Of a stretch of 64,000 nt of DNA, positions 61,660 through 64,000 are shown one piece after another; position 1 is the stretch's first letter, and each line of letters begins with the position of its first letter. The notes under the pieces were generated by a model that searched no databases, was not told the origin of the DNA, and worked only from the letters and a program-made list of their open reading frames with translations. This DNA is from Mustelus asterias (lineage: Eukaryota): positions 682,001 through 746,000 of the forward strand of contig NW_027590151.1 in NCBI RefSeq assembly GCF_964213995.1, written 5' to 3'. The position numbers were made by a program, and so were the translations under genes.

Positions 61660-62780
61660 TTGGAGAGCGATTACACTATTTCTGCTGTGAAATGAGAACT
61701 ATTGTCATTCTCCATCCATTTCAGGAAGCCTCATCCAGGATTTTAGCTATTGTGTCTGCATCATTTTTACAAACAGGAAAGGTTTCAATCCACCAGGTAA
61801 ACATCGCTGTAATTAGCAGGATCTACCAGTCTCCTCTTAGTGTGGAGAGTGGGCCTGTATAATCAAGCTGCAGTGTTTCCCAGGGAACATCAATAATGTG
61901 GAACAAGTTAATTGGGACAATGCATTTTGCAGAATCTGATTAGTTTGAACACATGAGGCACAGCTTCAGGTGCTGATGGACATTCTGATGTCTCCTCAGC
62001 CACTGATATTGTGATCATGTTGTATAATATTGAGGAGTCAAAAAACAAGAAATACGCCTTGCTTTGATCCATCAAATATACTAATTCCTTTCTAAGCCAT
62101 CGAGTTGTGACTGAAGTCAAAGTTAAACCATATTTGTGAAAGAAAACTTCATTGTGTCAGATGAGTGAGTCCTTACTTGCTGTGAATGATGAGGGAAAGT
62201 TTTCTCTATGGTGCCAACCCTTTTTACCCACAGTCATCTTAGGTCAGTGTCCTGACAAGTTTTTAAATGACATTTAACTGGAGTCTGTCGTACCAGTCCC
62301 AACGATTGTGTTTTGGGTGGATCCCATGGAATCTCCTCGAGAGCAGCTTTCCTGGTGAGTCAGTCTGCTTGGTTATTACCGTCACTCCCTTCACTAACTC
62401 CTGCTGCTGATCCACCTTCACCTGGCAAATAGCAATTTGTCCTGGACATCCAGTAACATTCCCAATCATTCAGAGTTTGGAGTGGTGAGCAGTGGTTTCC
62501 TTTCTGCTGTGGAGAAGTTGTGTTTCCTCCCCCAGAGGGGTAGGTTTTCTGAGGGAATTACAACCAACGTAGCTTTCAGAATATTTGATGATTATGTCGG
62601 TAACAGTTTGAACGGCTGTGACCGCAATAACCTCAGAGTTCTGGGCTAACTGTTGCGATTATGGTGGATATTTAGTAAGGATACTACAATTGTTGTGGAG
62701 AATCAAACACACAGCTCCACTCTGATACAAACCTTGTTCATAAAACCAACACATGATCACATAAACCCCAGTGCAATGTA
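61660..62780 (-). mobile_element. Fossil LTR-retroelement/ERV pol: RNase H plus integrase
   Basis: Manual translation across frameshifts gives AQNSEVIAV, LPLW..F..AERKPL, IAICQVK and GNNQAD (RNase H), then CLMC, PWETLQLDYTGPL, FTWWIETFP and NDNSSHFT (integrase). Confidence 0.7.
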
Positions 62781-63300
62781 ATAGTTATTTGTCTTTAACA
62801 GGTCCATCGGACATGACCCCTTTTGCCTGACTGAGACGTAGGATTCTTTCATACTGAAACATCCCAGCCAAGTAATAATTATGAAGATTCAGGACGTGAA
62901 CGCTTTTTCTTTGTAATTCCATAATTCAACCATTGGCCCTTTAGGATAATGTCACTGCCGTATTTGGGGTCTGCAGAAATATACAATTAAACTCTGCCAG
63001 GCACTTTATGTGCTTAATGGGCACTTTATATCTTCTCAATGAATTAGGCAATCAATCTTTCCACAGGACTGATTTTGTCTGAGAACTATCCGACTGGAAA
63101 ACCTTTTCCATTAAGGCCTCAGAATACTACAGCAGATATACATTGTTCTGGCTGTGGAATTAATTGGATAGATCTTCCAGAGAGCCAGTACAGAGATAAT
63201 GAGCCTAATGGTTTCTATTTGTGCTGTATCATTCTGTAAAAGAGTGAATAATCAGCATCAGGGACAGAGAGAGGAACCAGTGACTGTGCGATTGAACCCA

Positions 63301-63890
63301 GTAAGAAGTCTGACAACACCAGGTTAAAGTCCTACAGGTTTATTTGGTAGCACAAGATTTCGGAGTGTTCCTTCTTCTTCAGGTGAGTGAAGAGTTCTGT
63401 TCACAAACAAGGCATACATCGAGACAGACTCAATTTACAAGATGATGGTTGGAATGCGAGTCTTTACAGGTAATCAAGTCTTTACAGGTATAGACAATGT
63501 GAGTGGAGAGAGGGTTAAGCACAGGTTAAAGAGATGTGTATTGTCTCCAGCCAGGACAGTTACTGAGATTTTGCAAGTCCAGGCAAGTCGTGGGGGTTAC
63601 AGATAGTGTGACATGAACCCAAGATCCCGGTTTAGGCCGTCCTCATGTGTGCGGAACTTGGCTATCAGTTTTTGCGCAGCGATTCTGCGTTATCGTGTAT
63701 TGTGAAGGCCGCCTTGGAGAACGCTTTCCCGAAGATCAGAGGCTGAGTGCCCGTGACTGCTGAAGTGTTTCCCGACAGGAAGAGAACACTCCTGCCTGGT
63801 GATTGTCGAGCGGTGTTCATTCACCCGTTGTCGTAACATCTGCATTGTCTCCCCAATGTACCATGCCTCGGGACATCCTTTCCTGCAGCT
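63301..63890 (-). mobile_element. Penelope-like element 3' end
   Basis: CRKGCPEAWYIGETMQMLRQR GIY-YIG fragment and the same terminus as 33939. Confidence 0.85.
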
Positions 63891-63891
63891 T

Positions 63892-64000
63892 ATAAGAACA
63901 TAAGAACATAAGAAATAGGAGCAGGAGTAGGCCATCTAGCCCCTCGAGCCTGCCCCGCCATTCAATACGATCATGGCTGATCTGAAGTGGATCAGTTCCA
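63892..64000 (-). mobile_element. CR1 3' tail, continues beyond the window
   Basis: (taagaaca)x3 tail and a 3' UTR like that at 38521. Confidence 0.75.

Overview
Vertebrate DNA, almost certainly from a shark or ray: it carries HE1-type V-SINEs, CR1 LINEs with (TTCTATG)n tails, Rex1 and L2 LINEs, and Penelope elements. The window is a cluster of about 13 C2H2 zinc-finger (ZNF) genes and pseudogenes with no recognisable KRAB, SCAN or BTB domain. Most sit in head-to-head pairs and are interleaved with dense, nested retroelements, a 1.5-kb minisatellite, a solo LTR, a fossil retroviral RNase H-integrase and a 161-N assembly gap. The genes share one cassette: CCAAT/GC/NRF1/YY1 promoter, small exon(s), splice acceptor, fossil fingers ending in a conserved stop, a Kozak ATG formed from a TGEKP linker (MEKPWKC), then 6-12 fingers. 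The most striking signal lies just after the terminal TGA. There, an in-frame ~17-aa peptide (consensus LQGLDSAVIAAVNHIQD) is conserved across paralogues, with synonymous codon swaps and frame-preserving indels. This suggests, as inference only, a C-terminal effector module added by stop-codon readthrough. All calls were made by eye; repeat boundaries are approximate.
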